This document shows, one piece after another, positions 1 through 7,807 of a stretch of 37,127 bases of DNA (the stretch's first letter is position 1; every line of letters starts with the position of its first letter). Below the pieces are notes generated by a model that saw only the letters and a program-made list of their open reading frames with translations, ran no database searches and was not told where the DNA came from. The translations under genes and the position numbers were made by a program. This DNA is from Planctomycetota bacterium. GTDB lineage: Bacteria; Planctomycetota; Phycisphaerae; SM23-33. The stretch is taken from contig JAXHSV010000002.1 of assembly GCA_034190305.1 (NCBI GenBank), positions 1 to 37,127 of the forward strand, read 5' to 3'.

Positions 1-328
1 GTTCGATTGTCCTCGCACGGTCGGCTGCCGAGATGCCCGTTGTGACGCCCGCGGCTGCGTCAATCGTTACCGTAAAGGCAGTACCGAAACGCGAGGTGTT
101 GTCCGCCACCTGGGGGTGTAATCCGAGCGTGTCGGCTTTTTCGCCCGTCATGGGAAGACAGATCAGGCCGCGCCCGTAGCGCGCCATGAAGTTTATTATT
201 TCCGGCGTAACCCGCTCGGCCGCACACACCAGATCGCCTTCGTTCTCGCGCGACTCATCATCGACCAGGATAATAAGCTTTCCGGCGCGAATCTCGTCCA
301 GTATTTCCTCAATCGGCGAAAACGGCAT
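1..328 (-). CDS. ribB: 3,4-dihydroxy-2-butanone-4-phosphate synthase (RibB, or the N-terminal half of RibBA); the 3' end runs off the window
   Basis: My own minus-strand translation from ATG 328-326 gives [60 protein letters not shown]...[25 protein letters not shown]. This is the conserved DHBP-synthase N-terminus. It is absent from the ORF track because there is no stop codon inside the window. Confidence 0.85.
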   Translation of the reverse strand, partial: MPFSPIEEILDEIRAGKLIILVDDESRENEGDLVCAAERVTPEIINFMARYGRGLICLPMTGEKADTLGLHPQVADNTSRFGTAFTVTIDAAAGVTTGISAADRARTIE

Positions 329-347
329 CAAAAGACCTCCGTCCTAT

Positions 348-1028
348 TCACATATTCCTGTCGGTACGGTCATTATGGCGGTTACTGTCTGCTTCGGCGA
401 CAAATGTCAGCCCAATTCGGGTATAACTGACCACCGACAAGGCGCAAAACCCGGCTACAGCATACCATAAAACCATCGCCAGGTGTGTCCCTACCGACAG
501 GCCAAGCAGATTAAGTTCCGGGCTGATAAGCACCGCGGCAACCATAGCGACCTGCCCGGCTGTGCATATCTTTCCGGGCCAGGACGGAAGGACACGCACG
601 CTGCCCGTCAGAAGGAATATTATCAGAAACCCGGCAATAACCCACAGATCCTTTCCGACAATCATTACGACGACCCACCCGGGAAGGGTGGTACCTTTGA
701 CCGCTGAACCCGGCATCGAAAGCAAAACGACCGCACAGACAATCAATGTCTTGTCGGCCAGCGGGTCAAGAATCGCGCCGAGACGACTTTTACAGTTCAA
801 CCGGCGGGCCAGAAAACCGTCAATAACATCAGACGCCGCCATGAACGCAAATAATCCAATCGCCAGGTAACGATAAACAGGCTGGGCCTGATGGTTCTGA
901 AGGAGCACCACAAACGGCGCCACCAGCATCAGCCTCAGCAACGAAAGACGATTCGGCCAGGTCAGATACGCCCAGGGTCTGGCTGTTTCGGATTGCATTT
1001 TAGGAATTTCCCCGCTTCCTGATTCCAT
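348..1028 (-). CDS. pgsA: CDP-alcohol phosphatidyltransferase, PgsA-like (CDP-diacylglycerol--glycerol-3-phosphate 3-phosphatidyltransferase)
   Basis: C-terminal part of ORF 348..1628. It has a perfect D-G-x2-A-R-x8-G-x3-D-x3-D motif ([27 protein letters not shown]) and several TM helices. The start was taken at ATG 1028 ([14 protein letters not shown]...), 2 nt after the stop of the upstream gene; ATG 998 is an alternative. The Arg-rich N-terminal 200 aa of the track ORF is rejected as out-of-frame overlap with ORF 1031..1606. Confidence 0.8.
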   Translation of the reverse strand: MESGSGEIPKMQSETARPWAYLTWPNRLSLLRLMLVAPFVVLLQNHQAQPVYRYLAIGLFAFMAASDVIDGFLARRLNCKSRLGAILDPLADKTLIVCAVVLLSMPGSAVKGTTLPGWVVVMIVGKDLWVIAGFLIIFLLTGSVRVLPSWPGKICTAGQVAMVAAVLISPELNLLGLSVGTHLAMVLWYAVAGFCALSVVSYTRIGLTFVAEADSNRHNDRTDRNM

Positions 1029-1030
1029 GA

Positions 1031-1591
1031 TTACCGCCTGCCGGTTCCTGTCGCCTTGTTGACATCCCGGTGAAACCACCACGCGCCGGCCAGCACCACC
1101 GCCGCCAAAGGAAAACTGGCATACATTACTATTTTCATCCGTGAATACCAGGTGTAAAACTCTTGTTCCGGGTCCGCCCGGAACACCATATCCACAGCGA
1201 TAAAACCCACGAGAATAAGCATCGCACCGACAACCAGCATCAGCGGGATCATTGTTTTTTTGTACATGTGTGCGTGGCGCCGATGATAACCGTCGCCGGA
1301 AGTTACGTGTACCCCGCCGGAAGCGCCCAAAGACGAAGCTGCGCCGGTGAAAACCTCGTCGGAAACACCGTCGGCCACCGTCTCGGCGGCGGCAGCGGCG
1401 AATTCGCCGGGGTCGGACATAACCACGTTGCTTTGCACCATTGCATCCAGCGCCGAGATCGGATTGACCTTGCCCTGCTCGTTCGGAACGATTATCTCGC
1501 CACCGCCGCCGGACCTGTCGGCAAGGTCCGCCAGAGCGTCGGCGGGATGAGCGGCCTGCTGGGTATCGTCGTTTTTCACGTCGTCTGTCAT
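1031..1591 (-). CDS. hypothetical membrane protein: acidic, Ala/Gly-rich N-terminus and two C-terminal TM helices
   Basis: ORF 1031..1606. ATG at 1591 (MTDDVKND...) is preceded by GAAGG; GTG 1606 is an alternative. TM segments are MIPLMLVVGAMLILVGFIAV and IVMYASFPLAAVVLAGAWWF. The stop lies 2 nt before the pgsA start. I recognise no family. Confidence 0.5.
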   Translation of the reverse strand: MTDDVKNDDTQQAAHPADALADLADRSGGGGEIIVPNEQGKVNPISALDAMVQSNVVMSDPGEFAAAAAETVADGVSDEVFTGAASSLGASGGVHVTSGDGYHRRHAHMYKKTMIPLMLVVGAMLILVGFIAVDMVFRADPEQEFYTWYSRMKIVMYASFPLAAVVLAGAWWFHRDVNKATGTGRR

Positions 1592-1839
1592 TGGTGTAAC
1601 CTTCACAGCGCAAGCAAGTAACAGACAATCATATCCGCCATAACCAATTATCGCCAGCGACTTTTACAGGTGTCTTGCAAGGGACAACCGGCTGGGGTAA
1701 CCTTCCTGCCTGTTTAATAAGGAAAGGAGCGATTATGCCGTTGATGTTTGACATGCCGCTGGAGCAGTTGAAAAATTACCAGGGGTGAAATCCGCGCCCA
1801 AAAGACTTCGATGAATTCTGGGACAGCGGTATCGCAGAG

Positions 1840-2697
1840 ATGCAGGCGATTGATCCGGACGTTGAACAAATCCGGTCGGATTTCCAGACACCTTACGCCG
1901 AGTGCCTTGATACGTATTTCACGGGTGTCGGCGGCGCGCGGATTCATGCGAAGGTTTTACGCACGACGAGCGCATCCGAGCCGCATCCGGCCTTGCTTAT
2001 CTTCCACGGCTACTCAGGCAACGCCGGTGACTGGACGGACAAACTCGGATACGCCGCGATGGGATACACCGTCGCCGCCCTTGACTGCCGGGGTCAGGGC
2101 GGTCTGTCCGAAGACGTCGGCGGCGTTGTCGGCAACATGCACCGCGGGCATATCATTCGCGGTCTTGACGGCCCGCCGGAGAAAATGCTGTTCCGGCAGA
2201 TATTCCTCGATACCGCCCAACTGGCCCGAATAATAATGGACATGCCGGACGTGGATGAAACACGGGTCGGCGCGATGGGCGGAAGCCAGGGCGGCGGACT
2301 GACGCTGGCGTGTGCTTCTCTCGAACCGGGGATTAAACAGGCTGCCTCGCTGTACCCGTTCCTCAGCGACAACAAACGAACATGGGAGATCGACCTGGCG
2401 AGGGACGCCTACCTGGAACTGCAAAACTACTTCCGGCAATTCGACCCGCTCCACGAGCGCGAGGAAGATGTCTTCGTCAAACTCGGGTACATCGACGTCC
2501 AGCACCTGTGTCCTCGGATTCGCGGCGAGGTGCTGATGGGGATGGGGCTGATGGACACCGTTTGCCCGCCGTCAACACAATTCGCAGCGTATAATAAAAT
2601 AAAGTCCAAAAAATCGCTGATTCTTTATCCCGATTTCGGACACGAGAGCCCGCCGGGACATCCGGACAGAGTATTCCAATTCATGAGCGGGCTTTGA
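1840..2697 (+). CDS. CE7-family acetyl xylan esterase / cephalosporin-C deacetylase. As drawn it lacks its first ~35 codons because of an in-frame TGA at 1786-1788 (see finding).
   Basis: Close resemblance to the CE7 AXE1 family throughout: HPALLIFHGYSGN, GGSQGGGL nucleophile elbow, LMGMGLMDTVCPPSTQFAAYN, YPDFGHE. The true N-terminus (MPLMFDMPLEQLKNYQG*NPRPKDFDEFW) starts at ATG 1735 behind a strong GGAAAGGAG Shine-Dalgarno sequence and is in the same frame. Confidence 0.85.
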   Translation: MQAIDPDVEQIRSDFQTPYAECLDTYFTGVGGARIHAKVLRTTSASEPHPALLIFHGYSGNAGDWTDKLGYAAMGYTVAALDCRGQGGLSEDVGGVVGNMHRGHIIRGLDGPPEKMLFRQIFLDTAQLARIIMDMPDVDETRVGAMGGSQGGGLTLACASLEPGIKQAASLYPFLSDNKRTWEIDLARDAYLELQNYFRQFDPLHEREEDVFVKLGYIDVQHLCPRIRGEVLMGMGLMDTVCPPSTQFAAYNKIKSKKSLILYPDFGHESPPGHPDRVFQFMSGL

Positions 2698-2770
2698 CGC
2701 CGATTATAAGTGTATTGCGACATAGAATGAACTGCCTTTAGATGGGAAAAAACAAACGTCCTGGCAGAAA

Positions 2771-2906
2771 AAGTAAAAAGAAAAGAGAGCGGGATTACAG
2801 GACCACAGACTCCTGGGGCTCCCTGCGAGGGTCCTTCGGAAATATTTTAATGTTCTTTATCCCGTAATCTTAAAATCCCCATAATCCTTCTATCTTTCTT
2901 TTTCTT
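2771..2906. repeat. Low-complexity palindromic intergenic element, GGATTACAG family, copy 1
   Basis: The left arm aagtaaaaagaaaagagagcgggattacagg (2771-2801) is roughly the reverse complement of the right arm ...ccccataatccttctatctttctttttctt (2878-2906). It shares an exact 23-mer, taatcttaaaatccccataatcc (2865-2887), with 28309-28331. Confidence 0.7.
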
Positions 2907-2940
2907 CGATTTGACATTATCATCCAAATATCGGGACAGA

Positions 2941-3813
2941 ATGATGAAACGTCAGCCATATCGAGCGGGGAGTTTCTACGAGGCCGGTGAGGATGCCTGC
3001 CGGCGCAGCGCAAGAAAACTCCTCGACGATGCAGAGATACCGAACGATTTGCCTGAAGCGCTTTTCGGCGGGCTTGTCCCGCACGCAGGGTGGGTCTTTT
3101 CTGGCCTGACGGCGTCAATGACTTTCAAAGCGCTGGCCAGCCGCAACCGGCTTGGCAGGGTCGTCATCTTCGGCGCAGACCACTGGGGCACTGCCGGCGA
3201 CGGCGCCGTCTTTGACAAAGGCGCCTGGCTGACGCCGCTGGGAGAGGTCGCCATCGACGAAGAACTGTCCGACGCCCTGCTCGGCGGGTGCTCACTGCTT
3301 CGGGCAGACAGTTCCGCACACAATCGCGAGCACAGTATCGAGGTGCAGTTGCCCCTGATGCAGGTCGCCTGCGGCGATGTCCGAATCGTTCCGATTAACA
3401 TCTCGCCGTCGCCCGAAGCCGTCCGGGTCGGCAGGGAAGTCGGCGAGGTGCTAAAGGGGAATTTCCCCGATGCGTCGGTCATCGCAAGCACGGACCTGAC
3501 GCACTACGGGCCTCAGTATGGCTTTACGCCGGGCGGAACGGGTCCCGCCGGGCTGAAATGGGCCGAGGAAAACGACGCCCGATTACTGAAACTCATCGAG
3601 ACGATGCAGGCGGAAGATGTCATTTCCGAAACCTCCACCCATCGCAGCGCCTGCGGCGGCGGCGCCATTGCCGCAACCATCGCCGCCTGCTCGGTAATGG
3701 GCGCAACATCCGGGTTGACCCTTAAATACACCACCAGCGCCGAGGTAATGCGGCAAGTCTATGGAAACCGCTGCGACGAAGCCGTCGGCTACGTATCCGT
3801 GGTGTTCGCCTGA
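2941..3813 (+). CDS. MEMO1-family protein (AmmeMemoRadiSam system protein B type)
   Basis: ORF 2911..3813. ATG 2941 (MMKRQPYRAGSFY...) matches the family's typical R-x-P-x-x-AG-x-FY start. Also present are VPHAGWVFSG, EHSIEVQLP, DLTHYGP and ACGGGAI. No AMMECR1 or radical-SAM partner is adjacent. Confidence 0.8.
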   Translation: MMKRQPYRAGSFYEAGEDACRRSARKLLDDAEIPNDLPEALFGGLVPHAGWVFSGLTASMTFKALASRNRLGRVVIFGADHWGTAGDGAVFDKGAWLTPLGEVAIDEELSDALLGGCSLLRADSSAHNREHSIEVQLPLMQVACGDVRIVPINISPSPEAVRVGREVGEVLKGNFPDASVIASTDLTHYGPQYGFTPGGTGPAGLKWAEENDARLLKLIETMQAEDVISETSTHRSACGGGAIAATIAACSVMGATSGLTLKYTTSAEVMRQVYGNRCDEAVGYVSVVFA

Positions 3814-3828
3814 AAACGCCTTCGGGAT

Positions 3829-4074
3829 TTATTTATTGACGTACTTCTCGATGAATTCAACGGCATCGCCGACGGTCTGGACTTCCAGGGCGTCCTCGGC
3901 GTCCATGTTGATATCGAACTCTTCGTCGAAGGCCGCGACCAGTTGCACCGACTGGGTGCTCTCTGCCCCAAGGTCGAATACGAAGTCGCTTTCCGGCTTG
4001 ACCATATCCGGCGTTACGTTTAATACTTCGCAGGTTACTTTTGCGACACGTTCGGCAATCTCATTCTTATTCAT
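3829..4074 (-). CDS. stand-alone acyl carrier protein
   Basis: ORF 3829..4098; start taken at ATG 4074 (MNKNEIAERV...). About 81 aa and acidic, with phosphopantetheine attachment motif DLGAES and a four-helix ACP pattern. Confidence 0.8.
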   Translation of the reverse strand: MNKNEIAERVAKVTCEVLNVTPDMVKPESDFVFDLGAESTQSVQLVAAFDEEFDINMDAEDALEVQTVGDAVEFIEKYVNK

Positions 4075-4105
4075 GCTTTTCTCCGAAGAATAAAACAACT
4101 GCGTT

Positions 4106-4184
4106 ATTTCGTGAACTCGTTGATTCGTGAACTCGCAAACCCGCCGGGACTAACACGCATTCACGAATTCACGAATTCATTCAC
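4106..4184. repeat. Low-complexity palindromic intergenic element, TTCGTGAA family
   Basis: The left arm has ttcgtgaactcg twice (4108-4119, 4124-4135). The right arm has (a)ttcacgaa twice (4159-4167, 4168-4175), the reverse complement of the left word. The right arm overlaps the stop (4177-4179) of the acyl-CoA synthetase gene. Confidence 0.7.
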
Positions 4185-6327
4185 TCAACCTAATTCTCAC
4201 ATCGGCGACATTGCCGCCCTTACCGGCGGGGCCGACGATTAATGGGTTTATATCCAGTTCGGCGATGCGCTCGAAATCAACCACAAGCCGACCCAGTCGC
4301 AGCAGGCAATCCTCCACACCGGCAACGTCGGCGGGACCCGTCCCGCGAGCGCCTTCGAGCAGTTTGTATGCCTTTATCTGGCGGACCATCCGCGAAGCGA
4401 CAGCCGGCGTTATCGGCGCCAAAGCGAATGTTACATCCCTGAATATCTCCACAAACAGCCCGCCCAGGCCGAACATCAGCGTAGGACCAAAGGCGGCGTC
4501 ATGCTTAGCGCCGAGAATCACCTCGTGCCCGCTCGGAATCATTCCGCGAACCACAAAACCCTTAATCCGGGCCTCCGGCATCGCCTCACCGATGTGGCTG
4601 ACCATGTCGTTATAGGCGCTGCGAACTGCATCGGCGTCCCTGAGGTTCAACGCGACGCCTTTGACGTCGAACTTGTGGATAATCTGCGGGCTGACCACCC
4701 GAAGGACGACCGGATAGCCGATCCGTCCTGCGAATTCGACAGCCTCGTCTGCATCGCGGCAAAGTTTATACTCCGGTACGGGGAAGCCATAGGCCTTCAG
4801 AACCGCCAACGCCTGGTCTTCATCGAGGTATCCGCCCGGCGCCGAGTCAATGACGGAAGCGGCGACCTGGTAATCGACTGAGGGGGGTTGATAATCCGCC
4901 TCTTCCGGCGACTCGCGCCACCGGCGGATACGCTGAAGGTCGGACATGGCCCGACAGGCCCATTCCGGAAGGATATAATGGGGGATGTTGGCAGCCTGAA
5001 GAATATCCACACCCGGCGCCACATCGGTAGCGCCCATGAACGAACAGGCAATCGGCTTGTCGGTGCCCTCGTGGACCTTGCAGATACCACGCGCAATCTC
5101 CTCGATGTCCGTCATGGACTGAGGGGTAAGGATGACCAGCGTCTGGTCAACATTGGGATCGTCCAGTACTGCCTGCAGCGCCAAGACGTAACGGTCAACA
5201 CGTGCGTCACCTATGACATCGACGGGGTTTTTCACGTTGGCTGCAGCCGGTAGCGCTTCAGCCAGTTTTTTCGTTGTTTCCGGCTGGAAGCGTGCAATCT
5301 CCAGCCCTACTTTCACAGCCGCATCGGTCGCCATCACGCCCGGACCGCCGGCGTTGGTAACAATGGCCAGGCGGTTGCCCTTCGGCATGGGTTGAGAGGT
5401 CAGCATGGTGGCGGTGTTGAACAATTCCTCAATGCTGTTCGCGCGGACAATGCCCGCCTCAAGAAAGACTTCGTCGCATATGGCGTCCTCCCCGGCCAGC
5501 GAACCGGTATGGCTGGACGCGGCGTCAGCGCCCTGCGGCGTCCTTCCGCTTTTAATCGCAAGTATCGGTTTGGGATTGTCGCCGCGAGTAACGCGTCTGG
5601 CTGTCTCTATCAACGCCCGACCGTCGCGGAGTTCCTCAAGGTACAGCAGAATCACGTCGGTCTGTTCGTCCTGGTGAAGGTAGTCCAGCAGGCCCATCTC
5701 CGTTACGCCGGCCTTGTTTCCGAAACTCACAAATTTGGAAAAACCTATGTTCCTGTTACGGGCGTAATCAAGAACGGCTGTACATAGTGCGCCGGACTGG
5801 CTGAGGAAAGCAATCCGCCCCCCTGCCGGCATCTTGCGGGCAAAGGAGGCGTTCAGAACTATCTTCGGGTCGGTATTTATGACGCCCAGACAGTTAGGCC
5901 CGACGAGAGAGATGTCGTACTCGGCGCAGATTTCCTTAATCTCCTGCTCGCGTTTTTCACCCTCCGGGCCGACCTCGCGGAAACCGGCAGAGATGATTAT
6001 CACGCCCTTGACGCCCTTTTCTCCGCATTGTCGAAGCGCCCTTGCCATGACATTGGCGGGAAAAACTATCACCGCAAGGTCAATGTCGTCCTTGATATCC
6101 GTCAGATACCGGTAGGCCGGAACCGCGCTTATGCTGCGCTTGCCCGGCGCGACCGGATACAACACGCCCTTGTACCCGCTGGCGAGGATGTTGTAGAAAA
6201 TGTCGTACGGCACGGTCCCGGGCGTCTGGGTAACGCCCATAACCGCGACGCTTACAGGATTGAAGATACGGTCGCGCGGATACCCGCCGGGGATAGTCTC
6301 TACAGAATACTTAGTTGTGTTAGGCAT
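4177..6327 (-). CDS. ADP-forming (NDP-forming) acetyl/acyl-CoA synthetase, fused alpha-beta form
   Basis: 716 aa. N-terminal CoA-binding domain, succinyl-CoA-synthetase-like phosphohistidine motif SSHTGSLAG, and a C-terminal ATP-grasp domain (GYPVVLRVVSPQIIHKFDVKGV...ELDINPL). Confidence 0.85.
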   Translation of the reverse strand: MPNTTKYSVETIPGGYPRDRIFNPVSVAVMGVTQTPGTVPYDIFYNILASGYKGVLYPVAPGKRSISAVPAYRYLTDIKDDIDLAVIVFPANVMARALRQCGEKGVKGVIIISAGFREVGPEGEKREQEIKEICAEYDISLVGPNCLGVINTDPKIVLNASFARKMPAGGRIAFLSQSGALCTAVLDYARNRNIGFSKFVSFGNKAGVTEMGLLDYLHQDEQTDVILLYLEELRDGRALIETARRVTRGDNPKPILAIKSGRTPQGADAASSHTGSLAGEDAICDEVFLEAGIVRANSIEELFNTATMLTSQPMPKGNRLAIVTNAGGPGVMATDAAVKVGLEIARFQPETTKKLAEALPAAANVKNPVDVIGDARVDRYVLALQAVLDDPNVDQTLVILTPQSMTDIEEIARGICKVHEGTDKPIACSFMGATDVAPGVDILQAANIPHYILPEWACRAMSDLQRIRRWRESPEEADYQPPSVDYQVAASVIDSAPGGYLDEDQALAVLKAYGFPVPEYKLCRDADEAVEFAGRIGYPVVLRVVSPQIIHKFDVKGVALNLRDADAVRSAYNDMVSHIGEAMPEARIKGFVVRGMIPSGHEVILGAKHDAAFGPTLMFGLGGLFVEIFRDVTFALAPITPAVASRMVRQIKAYKLLEGARGTGPADVAGVEDCLLRLGRLVVDFERIAELDINPLIVGPAGKGGNVADVRIRLSE

Positions 6328-6353
6328 TCATCGCCTCGTCGGTCATTTTCGAT

Positions 6354-6463
6354 TCGTCGCCGCATCGTCGCCGTATCGTCGCCGCATCGTCGCCGTATCG
6401 TCGCCGTATCGTCGCCGTACCGGCGACGTACCGTCGCCGTATCGTCGCCGTACCGGCGACGGC
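6354..6463. repeat. Tandem repeat of 10 x 11 bp (consensus TCGTCGCCGTA), with two units inverted so that two identical 8-bp-stem hairpins form
   Basis: Units read directly from the sequence, starting at 6354, 6365, 6376, 6387, 6398, 6409, 6420, 6431, 6442 and 6453. The sequence cgtcgccgTACcggcgacg occurs at 6410-6428 and again at 6443-6461. Confidence 0.9.
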
Positions 6464-6479
6464 TAAACATTATAGATTA

Positions 6480-7763
6480 TTATTTTTTCGTCATTTTCCG
6501 CCGGCCTCGAAGGAGGGCTTCGTCGCGGACCGGAGCGGTAATCTCAAAAATCGCTTCCCACATCGCCTGCTCGGTATCGGTCCATTGGCGCTTGCGCCGG
6601 CCCATGGCTATCGCCGCTGTCTCGTACAGTTTCTTTCTTCCGAAGCCCTTTGTAACCACGCCGTCGAGAAACCATGCGAAGGAGGGAATGAACTTCGGCA
6701 ACGGTTTGCCTGTGGGCATAATCAGCGCCATGGCGCCGACGTAGGAACCGGTATTCAGCAGTGTACCGATGGCGGTCTTGGTGTGGTCGCCGATGAGCGA
6801 GCCGACCTTAGTCGAACCGGTGTTTATCGGTCTCCTGCCGTTCAGCATGACCGATACGTCGGAATAGTCATTCTTCAGGTCGCTGTTGGTAGTCAAAGCG
6901 CCGAGGTTGACCCATTCGCCGACGTACGCATGGCCCAGGAAGCCGTCGTGATACTTGTTGGAGTAGCCCTGGATGATGGACTCTTCGACCTCGCCGCCGA
7001 TTCGGCAGACCGGTCCGATACTGTTGCCTTCGCGGCACTTGGCGCCCAGAAGGATCGATTTTTTACCGACGTAGCATGGACCTTCAATCCGCGTGAACGG
7101 GTGGACTTCGACATCCTCATCGAGATATACAGGCCCGTTTTCAGCGTCAATTACAACCATCGGATGTATGACAGCGCCTGCGGCGACGAAGACATCCTTT
7201 TTGCCGCCGCGGATTGCGCCGGGCTGCTCGACGGTCCCTTCGATACCGCTGCGTCCGGCGGAGTTGAAATCCTCGGTCAACTGCTCCGGATTGGACAACA
7301 CCAGGTCCCAGATGTAATTCCACGTCTGCAACTCCGGCGTAACCGTCGGAAGCGACGCGGCGGCTGATTCCAGCAACTCGTCAATCCCGCCGGTTTTTAC
7401 TTTTCCCAGGTCGCCGGCGGCGATTCGCGCATAGAGCACTTCGCCGTCTTCGGCAACACCGACTTCGCTCGGACCGGTCGGCGAGACATCAAAACCGGCT
7501 GCCTTTACCCGGCCGTTGACGATGAATAAATCGTCGCCGGTCAGCGTAATCGGATCGTTGACCTTCATCTCCGTCCCGGCGCGATACGAATCGGCCATGT
7601 ACGGCTCGACGAAGCAGGCTACATCGTCTGCGCCGATCTTCGCGATTAGTTTCTCGATCAGCGTGTTTATTCCGCATCGCAGCTCCCATATGGGCCTGCT
7701 CAACGACAGCGGGTGGAAATTCGCCCTCCTGGCGGAAGGACCTTCAAACAGGATTAACCTCAT
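6480..7763 (-). CDS. putative sugar nucleotidyltransferase with a left-handed beta-helix C-terminal half (NTP_transf_4 / 'alternative bacterial GlmU'-like)
   Basis: 427 aa. The N-terminus MRLILFEG...FHPLSLSRPIWELRCGINTLIEK resembles the family found in Bacteroidota and related phyla. The C-terminal half has hexapeptide-like periodicity (IGPVCRIGGEVEESII..., VGSLIGDHTKTAIGTLL). Confidence 0.65.
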   Translation of the reverse strand: MRLILFEGPSARRANFHPLSLSRPIWELRCGINTLIEKLIAKIGADDVACFVEPYMADSYRAGTEMKVNDPITLTGDDLFIVNGRVKAAGFDVSPTGPSEVGVAEDGEVLYARIAAGDLGKVKTGGIDELLESAAASLPTVTPELQTWNYIWDLVLSNPEQLTEDFNSAGRSGIEGTVEQPGAIRGGKKDVFVAAGAVIHPMVVIDAENGPVYLDEDVEVHPFTRIEGPCYVGKKSILLGAKCREGNSIGPVCRIGGEVEESIIQGYSNKYHDGFLGHAYVGEWVNLGALTTNSDLKNDYSDVSVMLNGRRPINTGSTKVGSLIGDHTKTAIGTLLNTGSYVGAMALIMPTGKPLPKFIPSFAWFLDGVVTKGFGRKKLYETAAIAMGRRKRQWTDTEQAMWEAIFEITAPVRDEALLRGRRKMTKK

Positions 7764-7807
7764 TTACATGCTCCTTTGTTCAGTTTCTTTCCGGCATCGG
7801 CCCGGAT

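Noticed and set aside
329-347. An FMN riboswitch upstream of ribB
   Set aside because: Only 19 bp separate the pgsA stop from the ribB start, so there is no room for an aptamer. ribB appears to be co-transcribed with pgsA.
348-1628. 426-aa ORF suggesting a PgsA with a 200-aa Arg-rich N-terminal extension
   Set aside because: The extension (RRREKRRYPAGRSSRRRSGG...) is compositionally implausible. It overlaps, out of frame, the better ORF 1031..1606, whose stop lies 2 nt before an internal ATG that gives a normal-length PgsA.
1786-1788. The TGA in the CE7 esterase as a selenocysteine or reassigned (Gly/Trp) codon
   Set aside because: I see no stem-loop directly downstream that could act as a bacterial SECIS. 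The aligned position is variable and non-catalytic in CE7 enzymes. TGA serves as an ordinary stop for several genes here, including this gene's own terminus.
6354-6463. A CRISPR array, because of the regularly spaced repeats
   Set aside because: The units are only 11 bp and directly abutting with no spacers, and there are no cas genes in the window.
6028-6744. Plus-strand ORFs (6028..6744, 6200..6466) encoding repetitive RRRIVAVSSPYRRR peptides
   Set aside because: They are reading-frame artefacts of the 11-bp tandem repeat and otherwise run antisense to two well-supported genes.
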